DNA of 64,000 nucleotides from a virus: IMG/VR virus record IMGVR_UViG_3300035180_001847, positions 32,001-96,000 of that record. The stretch is one strand, 5' to 3'. The notes beneath the pieces are model-generated. The model saw only the letters and a program-made list of their open reading frames with translations, made no database searches and was not told the origin of the DNA. This document shows, one piece after another, positions 1 to 9,023 of this stretch; positions within the stretch are counted from its first letter, which is position 1; each line of letters begins with the position of its first letter. Position numbers and translations under genes: made by a program.

Positions 1-98
1 GATCTTTTCAATGTATCCACAGGCAAGCCCGTAACTTGTCAGCCAACCGTCTTTTGTGTAAAATGGAATTTCCGTAGTCATTTTTTACCTCTTGTTTA

Positions 99-413
99 CT
101 ACAAAATGTCATACGAACCAATGATGTTATATTTATCGTCGCCATCGTCAAATGTCACACCAGGGTCTAATTTTCCGTTACGCCAAAATTTATCGCCCTT
201 AATATATCGCGGATGGATTTCGCCTAAACATTCGGCATTTTCATGAATTTTACTCCAGATATACTCTGTTTCAAATTCATTGAGCGGATTTTTATCGTTG
301 AATCGTGACAATTGCCAAAATAAATTACAAGTTGTTTTTGGCTTACGGTTTACCAGATAGAGAGAATGGATTCCCGTGTGCATGTCAACCACGTCAATTG
401 CATTCTTTGCCAT
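99..413 (-). CDS. hypothetical early protein
   Basis: 104-aa ORF, GAGGTG RBS, sigma70-like promoter upstream. Confidence 0.6.
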   Translation of the reverse strand: MAKNAIDVVDMHTGIHSLYLVNRKPKTTCNLFWQLSRFNDKNPLNEFETEYIWSKIHENAECLGEIHPRYIKGDKFWRNGKLDPGVTFDDGDDKYNIIGSYDIL

Positions 414-529
414 TTTTCACCTCTTATTTATTTATTTATTTAATCCAATTATATCACAATTCAGGGACTTTGCCAGTGATAAAAATCATATTTTATACAT
501 GACTTTTATAATCACCATCCAATATTATT

Positions 530-1162
530 TTATTTGAATACCTTTCCATTTTCATCAAAGAAAATTTCGTTGGCTTCCGTGTAATCAATAAAATTTTCTT
601 TGGATTGTTGAAATTCGAGTTCATCTTCAATAATTCTCACGGCACAATCCGCGAGATTGGAAAATGCCTCTTTCAATGTGAATCCTTTCTTTATGTCGTT
701 CAACAAACTGTATAGAAAATCATCGTCCGCGCAGTATCCCGTAAAAGGACAGGATATTACGTTGCCATCATTCCCAATGATATCATAATAAAATCCCCTC
801 TTTCCCTCGTGAGTATAATTCACACGTTTAAAAGATTTTATCCCCAATCGATCCTTAATCCATTTATAAGCCCTCTGCCCTGTATAGTCATCAACCAGCG
901 AATCACTATCGGCCAATTCGCTCCAGTAGGTAGGGATCGTAAACTTAACATAACTTCGAGAATAGTCATCATCGATATAGTAATCAATGAGACTACACCC
1001 AAAAGCCTTAAAAATAGCTTTAAAACTATCTACAATCTCATACTTTTCTAGCGGTTCACTTTGAGATTGTCTCCACTTTTCCAATGCGGAATCAAATGCG
1101 GAAGGGAAAAGCTCCCGAAGCTCATAGGCAGTATAAACTGTCTTTGTGATTGTTTTTGACAT
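530..1162 (-). CDS. hypothetical phage protein, acidic C-terminus
   Basis: ORF 530..1183; start moved to MSKTITK, which follows an AAGGAG RBS. Confidence 0.7.
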   Translation of the reverse strand: MSKTITKTVYTAYELRELFPSAFDSALEKWRQSQSEPLEKYEIVDSFKAIFKAFGCSLIDYYIDDDYSRSYVKFTIPTYWSELADSDSLVDDYTGQRAYKWIKDRLGIKSFKRVNYTHEGKRGFYYDIIGNDGNVISCPFTGYCADDDFLYSLLNDIKKGFTLKEAFSNLADCAVRIIEDELEFQQSKENFIDYTEANEIFFDENGKVFK

Positions 1163-1251
1163 GGTTATGCTCCTTTTTTTCATAATTAATTAGACGTTAT
1201 GGCATACAATCCCATTCCATCGAGATTATATGCCATCTCGCAACTAATCAA

Positions 1252-1653
1252 TTATCGCGCCCAATATGTTACGCCGTCAAATTCTGATGAAGTGTAATCC
1301 TGTTTAAGATTTTCGGCGGTCTTCTCCCAATCTATGACGATCCAAGCGGGAAAATCTTGCGGAATATCTCCGAGGTCTTCTAAAAGTTCCTGTGTGTAGT
1401 CAACAAAATGAACCTCGTTGATTAGCGTCACAGGATACCAATCCCCGCGCCATTCCTCATCGCCACCATAACCCCGAAAGCCATCAATGAAATCTTGCAG
1501 TTGCGCGAGTTCAATACAATCATCGGATTCTTCCCATTCCGCCAATTTGTTATTTTCAAGAAGCGAGTCGCGGATGTCCTCCAGTTCCTCGATTCTCTTG
1601 AAAATATCACGAGAGTCTAGCACGTCCTGAGCGTTATTAATTTCGTTTGACAT
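1252..1653 (-). CDS. acidic ArdA-like antirestriction (DNA mimic) protein
   Basis: Very D/E-rich; C-terminal IPQDFPAWIVIDWEKTAENL resembles the ArdA IDYEAIARDL motif; early location. Confidence 0.55.
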   Translation of the reverse strand: MSNEINNAQDVLDSRDIFKRIEELEDIRDSLLENNKLAEWEESDDCIELAQLQDFIDGFRGYGGDEEWRGDWYPVTLINEVHFVDYTQELLEDLGDIPQDFPAWIVIDWEKTAENLKQDYTSSEFDGVTYWAR

Positions 1654-1719
1654 GGTATATATCCTTTTCTTTTTTGTGTTGTGTTGTGTTGTGTTGTCAA
1701 TCGTTTTCTATCTTGACGT

Positions 1720-1761
1720 TATTCTACACCCACGCCATAAAAACGTCAATAGCCAAATGTC
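1720..1761 (-). promoter_or_regulatory. sigma70-type promoter with upstream GTGACATTT box
   Basis: Minus strand GTGACATTT-GGCTA-TTGACG-N17-TAGAAT. Confidence 0.7.
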
Positions 1762-1987
1762 ACAAAGCTCCCATTACTTTAATCATATTGCTTTATGCAG
1801 CATTACGCGACTCTATGACCTTGCGAGTCATTCCAAGCAATTTTTCAAACAGATAAAACTCTCGCGCCTTAATTTTCAGTCGTTTTTTGGCGTGTTTTGA
1901 GCGTTTTAGGGTGTGTTTTTTATCACGGAATAGAGAAAATCCGCCATCGGTTAAGCGGATAGCGGATTTTCTGCCAACGATTGAGTT

Positions 1988-2185
1988 TTACAAGCCTTGC
2001 ATCAATCGCTTTGTTTTTGCGAGTTGTTTTTTCGTTGGCACGACAACCCAGGACATGACGGCGGAACGATCGCAGCCTTCGGCCTTGCAAACTAAATCTT
2101 TTGCCGATTCAAAGTCTTTTGCAAAAACACGAATTGAGGTGATGGCATTGTTGCGTTTAATTTCAAATTTAAATTGCTTTTTCAT
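1988..2185 (-). CDS. small hypothetical protein
   Basis: 65-aa ORF with AAGGA RBS, co-oriented with neighbours. Confidence 0.55.
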   Translation of the reverse strand: MKKQFKFEIKRNNAITSIRVFAKDFESAKDLVCKAEGCDRSAVMSWVVVPTKKQLAKTKRLMQGL

Positions 2186-2203
2186 TTTGATAATCCTTTT
2201 TTA

Positions 2204-2470
2204 TTATGCGGTATATCTATCATAGTTACGAATCGGACTATAATCCACCGATTCCTTTTCGACAATCTGAGGCTTGCAACCATAAGTGGCAATATAGGCA
2301 GTAAAAAATTTACTTGCATCGGAATCCTCTTCAAGATAGACGGTATTCCCGTTCTGGTAGGAATGGCTTGAAATTTCGCCATCGATTCCGAGTTTTACCA
2401 GTTCGGAACGCTTTACCGCCAACCAGCCGTGACCTGCATCAGAATAGAATTTATAGATTGGTTTTTTCAT
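2204..2470 (-). CDS. conserved phage hypothetical protein (SDAGHGWLAV ... YLEEDSD motifs)
   Basis: Recognisable DxGHGWLxV and YLEEDxD motifs; start moved to MKKPIY because the promoter -10 lies at 2501-2506. Confidence 0.7.
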   Translation of the reverse strand: MKKPIYKFYSDAGHGWLAVKRSELVKLGIDGEISSHSYQNGNTVYLEEDSDASKFFTAYIATYGCKPQIVEKESVDYSPIRNYDRYTA

Positions 2471-2500
2471 TTTCTTAATCCTCATTTCAAAGATAATATA

Positions 2501-2542
2501 ATTATATCTACTTTTTGCCATTTGTCAATGATGAAATGTCAT
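2501..2542 (-). promoter_or_regulatory. sigma70-type promoter with upstream ATGACATTT box
   Basis: Minus strand ATGACATTT-CATCA-TTGACA-N16-TATAAT. Confidence 0.75.
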
Positions 2543-2682
2543 AAGTTTGTCATATTATAGTCGGTCAAAAGTCACCATTATTTAACTCATCCAATTGACA
2601 AAAACCACCACTGATACACAGCCACCACACCAGACCTCGAACCTCCCGCGTGTTAATCACGTTAACCACGCCACCGAACCAC

Positions 2683-2710
2683 AAAAAGCCCGAAGTGTTT
2701 CAGGCTTTTT
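2683..2710 (-). terminator. intrinsic terminator
   Basis: AAAAAGCC...GGCTTTTT hairpin just after the stop of 2739..3125. Confidence 0.65.
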
Positions 2711-2738
2711 GTATTATTCTGGCCTAACCAAACATAAT

Positions 2739-3125
2739 CTAATCTAATTTCGATAAGATTTTAACCGCCTTGCATGTGATCTGGTATTCTCTGACAAGAT
2801 CGGAATCGGTTGCCGCTGCCTCTTCTTGCCATCGATAATCGAAAATTGATCTGTTTTCAATCTCTTTTTTTGCGTAATCTAGCAAGTATGACATGCTGCG
2901 CCCTGATAACTCATGAATAAAATCGGTGCCTTTGTTTTCTGGATACCATAGCAACCCGCCAAAACCGCCCTTAAAATAAACTAGGATTTTCTCGGTTGGA
3001 ACATGATAAAAAATCTTATAATGACCACTTAAGCCGCCGTCTTCATCCTTTAGATTTACTGCTAGATTCCATGCGTTAAGCGTTAAAATGGTTGGAGACA
3101 ATCGAAATACATTCATTTTAGCCAT
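2739..3125 (-). CDS. hypothetical early protein
   Basis: 128-aa ORF downstream of a CTGGCA-N17-TATAAT promoter with extended TG. Confidence 0.6.
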   Translation of the reverse strand: MAKMNVFRLSPTILTLNAWNLAVNLKDEDGGLSGHYKIFYHVPTEKILVYFKGGFGGLLWYPENKGTDFIHELSGRSMSYLLDYAKKEIENRSIFDYRWQEEAAATDSDLVREYQITCKAVKILSKLD

Positions 3126-3334
3126 CCTTTTTTATTTTTTGGCATAATTATTATAGCACAATCATCAAAAGCTGCCAGCAATCAACGCCATATTCGGAAT
3201 ATTACATTAATCACAACCCCATCACACCACACAACCCTACACCACACCGCCATAAAATGCTAGCATGACCTGGAACGGCCTAAATCTCGTTCCAGGTAAT
3301 GCTACAATCACCCATACTTGCCAGCAACTAGCAA

Positions 3335-3808
3335 TTAACTTAATTTGCTCTTAACGAGGTCTAGCGATAAATCCTCGATGTTGCCAGCCGCTAAGTCATC
3401 TTGCAATGACTTTTTGAGTTGAGCGAAAAACCGATCAAACGCATCAATGATTTTTTCCGGTTCGCCCTCGACTTTTCGGAACGGCAATTTTTTAAGGCTG
3501 TAGGTCTGATACCATTCTCGCGGTTTAATGAAGTAGCTTTTGTACTTGTTTTCTAACATGAGAGACGGTAAATCAGGGGCGGGCATATTGCCAAACACAA
3601 AAGCCCCATCAACCGAATCAATAACATGGAAGACGATGTTAAACATGTCATTCTCCCAATATCGGCGAATCAACTCAGATTCATCACCAGCCAAAAAAAG
3701 CCGGACGTGAATCGAGTGGCGCGATGGGGAGTGAACCATTATCTTACTTTTTGGAAAGTGAGAATGGTACGTTTTTTCAATATTGGTTATGAAATCTTGT
3801 GCGTTCAT
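3335..3808 (-). CDS. hypothetical early protein
   Basis: Start moved to MNAQDF, which follows a GAGGAG RBS. Confidence 0.65.
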   Translation of the reverse strand: MNAQDFITNIEKTYHSHFPKSKIMVHSPSRHSIHVRLFLAGDESELIRRYWENDMFNIVFHVIDSVDGAFVFGNMPAPDLPSLMLENKYKSYFIKPREWYQTYSLKKLPFRKVEGEPEKIIDAFDRFFAQLKKSLQDDLAAGNIEDLSLDLVKSKLS

Positions 3809-3891
3809 TTCGGACTCCTCTTGTTTGTTGATTGATTGATTGATTGATTCAATTTTACCGCAAGCTGCCAGCAATTACAAGATGATAAATG

Positions 3892-4116
3892 TCACGATTC
3901 GACTATGACAAACACCATCCTAATCTGATTAAAAAACTCTTCATCTGTGAATTGACCGGATTCAATCGGTCTACCGCTTGCGAGTCTGGAATTAACGCGC
4001 AGACGGTCACGATATAAGTCCGAGTCTGACATGGATTCGCGCAAAATTGCGCGCGCGGATTCGAATCGCGGTGTTTCCGTTGATTCTGTTTGATTCAATG
4101 TTACCATTCTTAACAT
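3892..4116 (-). CDS. small hypothetical protein rich in ES/DS dipeptides
   Basis: 74-aa ORF; composition dominated by GANTC-containing codon pairs. Confidence 0.4.
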   Translation of the reverse strand: MLRMVTLNQTESTETPRFESARAILRESMSDSDLYRDRLRVNSRLASGRPIESGQFTDEEFFNQIRMVFVIVES

Positions 4117-4189
4117 CCTTCGGCCTTATTTTATAATCTTAAGCTCTGACCGGAATTACGATTCCGGCCAGTGATTGAGGCCATAAATT

Positions 4190-4432
4190 TTATAGTTGAT
4201 TCAACGGCGATTCAAATTCCGATTCGAATTCTGCTTCAAGTTCTGCCGCGAGTTTTGCGGATTCAAGTCTGCGAACTCGCATGTCGTGTTTAAAATCTGC
4301 CACTGCCAACCGTTGAGTCGCCCGCCATCCTTGCGCCTCAAGTTTGAGGCATGACGATTTAACGCCCAGGTGAGGGAGGGGAGAGGCTTGAGTCTTGCGT
4401 GCTTTGTTTGTTTTGTTTGTTTTGGTTGTCAT
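4190..4432 (-). CDS. small hypothetical protein
   Basis: 80-aa ORF with AAGGA RBS. Confidence 0.55.
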   Translation of the reverse strand: MTTKTNKTNKARKTQASPLPHLGVKSSCLKLEAQGWRATQRLAVADFKHDMRVRRLESAKLAAELEAEFESEFESPLNQL

Positions 4433-4448
4433 GTTTTTTGTCCTTTTT

Positions 4449-5045
4449 TTAGAGTTTTTTATAATCAGGTTTATGCCATTTTAAGGCCTTCCTGTTAAAA
4501 ATTACGTCAAGCAGAATCAATCTTCCCGCTTCATCTACTTTTAAATTCCGCTTGTTAAATTCCAGCCTGTAGGAATCTCCATAGTTACCGCAAGCGTCTA
4601 CAAGCGATTCAAGCGATTCGATTATTGACGGTTCAATCTGGCCGCGTAAAGCCTCAATGATTTCATAGTTAAAATTATAATCTGATACTCCGACTCGGCA
4701 GTTTTTCCATGCCGATTCCAGGATTCTAAACTGTCTCCATGCGGTCTTATGTTTCGGAGTCAACGGTTGATATAGTTTAGATTTAAATAGCATCGTGCCA
4801 TCGTCAAAGACTCCGATCTTTTCAATCTCTGGCAAATGCTCACCTATCGCAAACTCGGCTATGGCTTCCTTGCTGTAATCCGTTTCCCGCCGTTGCTGTT
4901 TAACGAACGAGTAAACCACGCCGTCAACCTCATAACACGTAGCGAAACTGCCACGCCCCAGGAATCGGGCTTCAATCTTAACCGGCTCACCCCAGCCGTC
5001 AAGAATTGTAATCATTCTCAAGTCGCCTTTTTTCATGTTAGTCAT
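4449..5045 (-). CDS. protein-kinase-like fold protein
   Basis: Gly loop FLGRGSFATCY, catalytic-loop-like LEFNKRNL, metal-binding-like LILLD. Confidence 0.6.
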   Translation of the reverse strand: MTNMKKGDLRMITILDGWGEPVKIEARFLGRGSFATCYEVDGVVYSFVKQQRRETDYSKEAIAEFAIGEHLPEIEKIGVFDDGTMLFKSKLYQPLTPKHKTAWRQFRILESAWKNCRVGVSDYNFNYEIIEALRGQIEPSIIESLESLVDACGNYGDSYRLEFNKRNLKVDEAGRLILLDVIFNRKALKWHKPDYKKL

Positions 5046-5182
5046 CCTTTTCTTTTTTGGTATGGATGGATTTTAACCGATTCTCGTTGTGAGTCAAGGT
5101 TTTGCAAGGTGATTAATGTCATATATTTTTAAGTCAAATGTCATGAAACACTTGTTCTAATTTTTACATGGATTAAAAAATT

Positions 5183-5220
5183 AAACAAAAAGAGTCTAAT
5201 TCCTTAGACTCTTTTTGTTT
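5183..5220 (-). terminator. intrinsic terminator
   Basis: AAACAAAAAGAGTCTAA...TTAGACTCTTTTTGTTT perfect hairpin. Confidence 0.75.
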
Positions 5221-5231
5221 AATTTGATGGG

Positions 5232-5531
5232 TTAGGCGATATCTAGATTGCCCGCGCCGATGCTTGCCAGGTATGCGGATTCCGCGTCTCGCACCTCGCC
5301 TGCGATGTCATCAATGATTTTATTGATCGCGGCCTCGTGACTCTGGTATTCAGTCTCCCCGCGTCCCGTGATGGTATAAATTCGATTCGGACGCTCACCA
5401 TCACGCGGCGCAATGTAGGATATCTCTGTCATGTAATAGGGCGTGAACGGATCGAGATAAGCGGAATTAATGAGCTTTTCGAATCCAGTTGGCTCAGTGA
5501 TTAGTTTGGTTATCATGGATATAATCTTCAT
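5232..5531 (-). CDS. hypothetical early protein
   Basis: 99-aa ORF with AAGGAG RBS. Confidence 0.65.
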   Translation of the reverse strand: MKIISMITKLITEPTGFEKLINSAYLDPFTPYYMTEISYIAPRDGERPNRIYTITGRGETEYQSHEAAINKIIDDIAGEVRDAESAYLASIGAGNLDIA

Positions 5532-5739
5532 TTCAGACTCCTTCTTGTTTATTGATTGATTAATTGATTAATTTACTTAATGATCCCGACTGATACCAGG
5601 ATCGAGCGGATCAGGAACAAAACGGCGAAAATCAAAAAAGCTACGAAAATTTGGACGGGGACGGCGGAAAGTGTGAGATTCATGATTGATTATCCTTTTC
5701 TGTGTGTTTTTTGTTTTTTGATTTTTTTAATTTTTTAAT

Positions 5740-6087
5740 TTAAATTCCAAAGAGAGCGGCGATTCGAAATTTAAGATCGTTTATCGTTTCCGATTCTCGC
5801 GCAATCGCGGCGATTGCCGAAACATAACCGCCTGTATATCGATTGAGCATGACCGTTAACTGATCTGGAGTTTCCGCGCCCGCTTGCGCCATTTTATCCA
5901 CGATCTCAATCAGATCGTAACCAGTTTGACACCCTGCAATCTGTGCATCATACCCGACTCTCATCATATCGTAGGCCATCCTAACCAGTTGCGAGAGATC
6001 GCGCGATTTGACCTCGATCAGATCACCATCACACGGGGTTAAGATCATTTTATAAGATGGTTTTTTTTGTTTTTTTGTTGTGGTCAT
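5740..6087 (-). CDS. hypothetical early protein (first gene of the early block)
   Basis: 115-aa ORF with GAGGA RBS and upstream promoter. Confidence 0.65.
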   Translation of the reverse strand: MTTTKKQKKPSYKMILTPCDGDLIEVKSRDLSQLVRMAYDMMRVGYDAQIAGCQTGYDLIEIVDKMAQAGAETPDQLTVMLNRYTGGYVSAIAAIARESETINDLKFRIAALFGI

Positions 6088-6126
6088 TTCATCCTCTTTT
6101 GTTTTTTTGCTTTTTTGATTTGAATA

Positions 6127-6169
6127 ATTTTACTCGATTGATTGGTAAGGGTCAATAGTCAAATGTCAT
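6127..6169 (-). promoter_or_regulatory. sigma70-type promoter with upstream ATGACATTT box
   Basis: Minus strand ATGACATTT-GACTA-TTGACC-N17-TAAAAT. Confidence 0.7.
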
Positions 6170-6324
6170 AAAAATAATATAACAAACGTCATAATTCATT
6201 AATAGCGCGGATTGAAACGGCGCAGATTGAAACGAAGCCTAAAACGTCACCGAACCAGTAAACCAGCGAAGTACCAGCGGAACCGGAAACGTCACCGAGT
6301 CACTTCCCTTATTGGGCGCGTGGA

Positions 6325-6476
6325 TTATGTGTATATGTGTTTAGTTATGTGTTTATGGTTATGTCGTTATGGTTGTGTTTATATCGTGGTTGTGTGTTTA
6401 TTTGTTTATGTTTATATGTATATATGTATATATATGTATATGTGTATATGTATATGTGTATATATGTGTGTGTTGT
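6325..6476. repeat. low-complexity TATG/TATATG/GTTTAT tract
   Basis: Directly visible degenerate tandem repeats. Confidence 0.85.
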
Positions 6477-6979
6477 AATGATAGACATGGCTTAATTTAT
6501 GGCTATTATGTTTTTTTATATGTTCGGGACACAATCGGCCGACTCCGATCACGATCCAAACCATAAGACTATATACTATATATTGTTAAGATAATATATA
6601 ATTATCTTAACATATGACGGGGTGGTTTTAATTTTTCGATGTTTTTTGGATGACCCCGTCGGTTAAAGCTCATTAACCCACACACAAAACCATCACCCCA
6701 CATATAAATCTAAATCAACCCTAAACAACTAAACCTAATTCTACATAACCTTAAACAAAACCAAGAGAAAAGAGCGAAGCGATGAATAACCGCCCCGAAG
6801 GGGCTAAAGTGACAAACAAGAACGAGTTATTTCTATAAATTATTAGATAAGTGGATTAAATTTGATTCTAACGATTAATTTTGCACAATTAAATAAGAAC
6901 AGCCCTTTTCATAGGGCTGTTTAAGGTAATGTAGAATTAGAAATGGGTTTTTAGAGGGAACGACAGGGAGTGAAGGACG

Positions 6980-7047
6980 AAAAAAGTTGTCACCTTATAA
7001 CCAATACTTAATTAATTATATATATGTTTATAAAGTGACAACTTTTT
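6980..7047. repeat. long inverted repeat with AT-rich spacer
   Basis: AAAAAAGTTGTCACCTTATAA ... TTATAAAGTGACAACTTTTTT. Confidence 0.85.
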
Positions 7048-7050
7048 TGT

Positions 7051-8091
7051 TTATGGTAATCTTATCAGGTCATCGGTAAGGTATCTTTGATTGTATTCCC
7101 AATCCTTTGATGGGGGTGTAGGTTGTTCGTATTCATCTTTATCAATCATTTGCATAAATTTTTTTAATTCATTTTCATAATTCTCTTTCATTTTCAGATA
7201 CTTCTTTTTCGCATCTTTATTGACAAACGTGGCAAATTTTCCGTTCAGTGAATTTCTAAATTTTATTAATTCGTCGTATTCTTTTTTGTAAGAATCAAGA
7301 TTTTCTTCCAAATTATCTGTGCAGCCTATTAAAAATCCATATTGTAATTTATGAAGTCCCATTTGCTTTGCAACTTCTTCGTCCACGTTTCGATAAAATT
7401 CTGGTAGCCTTCCAATGAAAAATAATTTCCCAAGATTTTTTTGAGTAACATTTTCACTTAACATATTATTTAGGATTTTATTCTTTATGCTCAATATTTT
7501 ACTTTCCTCTTTATCCGTCGTGATTCTATCTTCTGTTCCATCGAATACCATGTGTCTTTTATCTACAAGTATGATGAAATTATCCTCTAAAACTTTTAGC
7601 GCGCTTTTAAGCATTTCTCTCATTTTAGCTTCTGTTCTAATATAAAATTCCTTCATATCTTTAATTTCAATATTTGTTGGACACTCACTGATATATGCTT
7701 CTATGGATTTTTTAGCTGGTAAGTATTTGCTATTTATCATTCCAGTTATTTCAAATATTTCTTTATGTGTAAGAAAAGTTCTCTTATCATCATTCACGAA
7801 AATTCTATCGTTTTTGTGTTCCGCCAGGTAATTTAACAATTGCACGGAAATATCCTCGACATAAATAGACCGATTTCCAAGTTTTCTATTATCAATTTTA
7901 GACAATTCATTTTTATATATTTTTTCAATTATAAGAGATTGACCATCTGATTTATTAAACTTGAAATATCTTTCAAGTTCTCTCATTTGATAAATCTTTG
8001 CTTTTCCAGTTTTTTCTTTAATATCAAGTAATACACAAAGTTCACGATAGTTTTTTATTATCTGACCCTCGGATATATTTCTAATGTTCAT
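7051..8091 (-). CDS. hypothetical basic DNA-binding (possibly replication-related) protein
   Basis: 346 aa from MNIRNI, overlapping the MTase stop; N-terminal IKNYRELCVLL...ELERYF winged-helix-like segment. Confidence 0.6.
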   Translation of the reverse strand: MNIRNISEGQIIKNYRELCVLLDIKEKTGKAKIYQMRELERYFKFNKSDGQSLIIEKIYKNELSKIDNRKLGNRSIYVEDISVQLLNYLAEHKNDRIFVNDDKRTFLTHKEIFEITGMINSKYLPAKKSIEAYISECPTNIEIKDMKEFYIRTEAKMREMLKSALKVLEDNFIILVDKRHMVFDGTEDRITTDKEESKILSIKNKILNNMLSENVTQKNLGKLFFIGRLPEFYRNVDEEVAKQMGLHKLQYGFLIGCTDNLEENLDSYKKEYDELIKFRNSLNGKFATFVNKDAKKKYLKMKENYENELKKFMQMIDKDEYEQPTPPSKDWEYNQRYLTDDLIRLP

Positions 8092-8833
8092 TGATTTGTT
8101 CCATCCTTTTCTTTGCAATTTCAAATATCTCTTCGTCCATTTCCATACCGATAAATTTACGCTTCAAATCTAAAGATGCTATTCCAGTGCTTCCACTGCC
8201 CATTGCATTATCTAAAACCACATCTCCTTCTAAAGTATAACTTTTTATTAAAAATTTTAACAATTCAACGGGCTTTTGAGATGTGTGTAACCTATTGTAA
8301 TTATCTACACACTTATATGTCAATAAATTGGTGGGATAACGGGTTGTATCCCCGCCCTGATAGTCTCTTTTATTTTCTCCCAAATAAGCTCCTCCGTAGG
8401 TTTTGCCCTTTGCCGAATTTGTGGGAATATGTCCATCTGTTTTTTGAGGATAATAAGAGCCATTGTAAAATATAACTATTTCTTCTATCTTACGCAATGG
8501 TTGTCTTTTGGCGTGGAGGAAATGAGTGGATTGATTTTTTTCCCAATACCAACAATATTTATAGTTTTTTCTATTGGATGTTATAAGGTCTGTGGTAAAA
8601 GGTTGTTGTCCAAATAGTGCAACCGTTCCTTTTGGAGATAAAATTCTTTTATATTGTTTCCAGAGAAGAGTTAGGTCTATTGACTTATCCCATTTTGAAG
8701 CAAGTTGTTTATAGGGAAGATCGGCAAGAATTAGGTTTATGGATTTGTCTGGAATATTTTTCATTAATTCTAAACAATCACCCCACCAAAGCTGCACATC
8801 TCTGTTTTCAATTTGATTATTTTCATCGTTCAT
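8081..8833 (-). CDS. DNA methyltransferase, beta class (N6A/N4C)
   Basis: ADLPY catalytic motif, HTSQKPVELL, VLDNAMGSGSTG SAM motif; start MNDENN after AAGGAG. Confidence 0.92.
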   Translation of the reverse strand: MNDENNQIENRDVQLWWGDCLELMKNIPDKSINLILADLPYKQLASKWDKSIDLTLLWKQYKRILSPKGTVALFGQQPFTTDLITSNRKNYKYCWYWEKNQSTHFLHAKRQPLRKIEEIVIFYNGSYYPQKTDGHIPTNSAKGKTYGGAYLGENKRDYQGGDTTRYPTNLLTYKCVDNYNRLHTSQKPVELLKFLIKSYTLEGDVVLDNAMGSGSTGIASLDLKRKFIGMEMDEEIFEIAKKRMEQINEH

Positions 8834-8907
8834 GTTTTTCTCCTTGTGAAATATTATTGAATATGAAATATCATCATATTTAATAATATATAAATATCTA
8901 AACTCAA

Positions 8908-8936
8908 ATTTTACCACCTCGCGTCAAACTTGTCAA
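8908..8936 (-). promoter_or_regulatory. sigma70-type promoter (leftward)
   Basis: Minus strand TTGACA-N17-TAAAAT with extended TG. Confidence 0.75.
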
Positions 8937-8956
8937 TATCCTTGATTTCAACACTC

Positions 8957-8985
8957 TTGACAAATAAAATCTTTTATGATATACT
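8957..8985 (+). promoter_or_regulatory. sigma70-type promoter (rightward) in front of the cassette array
   Basis: TTGACA-N17-TATACT with extended TG. Confidence 0.75.
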
Positions 8986-9023
8986 GTTAAAAATAGAATA
9001 TTGTATTTTTAGGAGTTTGGACA

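Noticed and set aside
6212-6566. ORFs 6212..6478 and 6369..6566
   Set aside because: Translations of low-complexity TATG repeats with no RBS.
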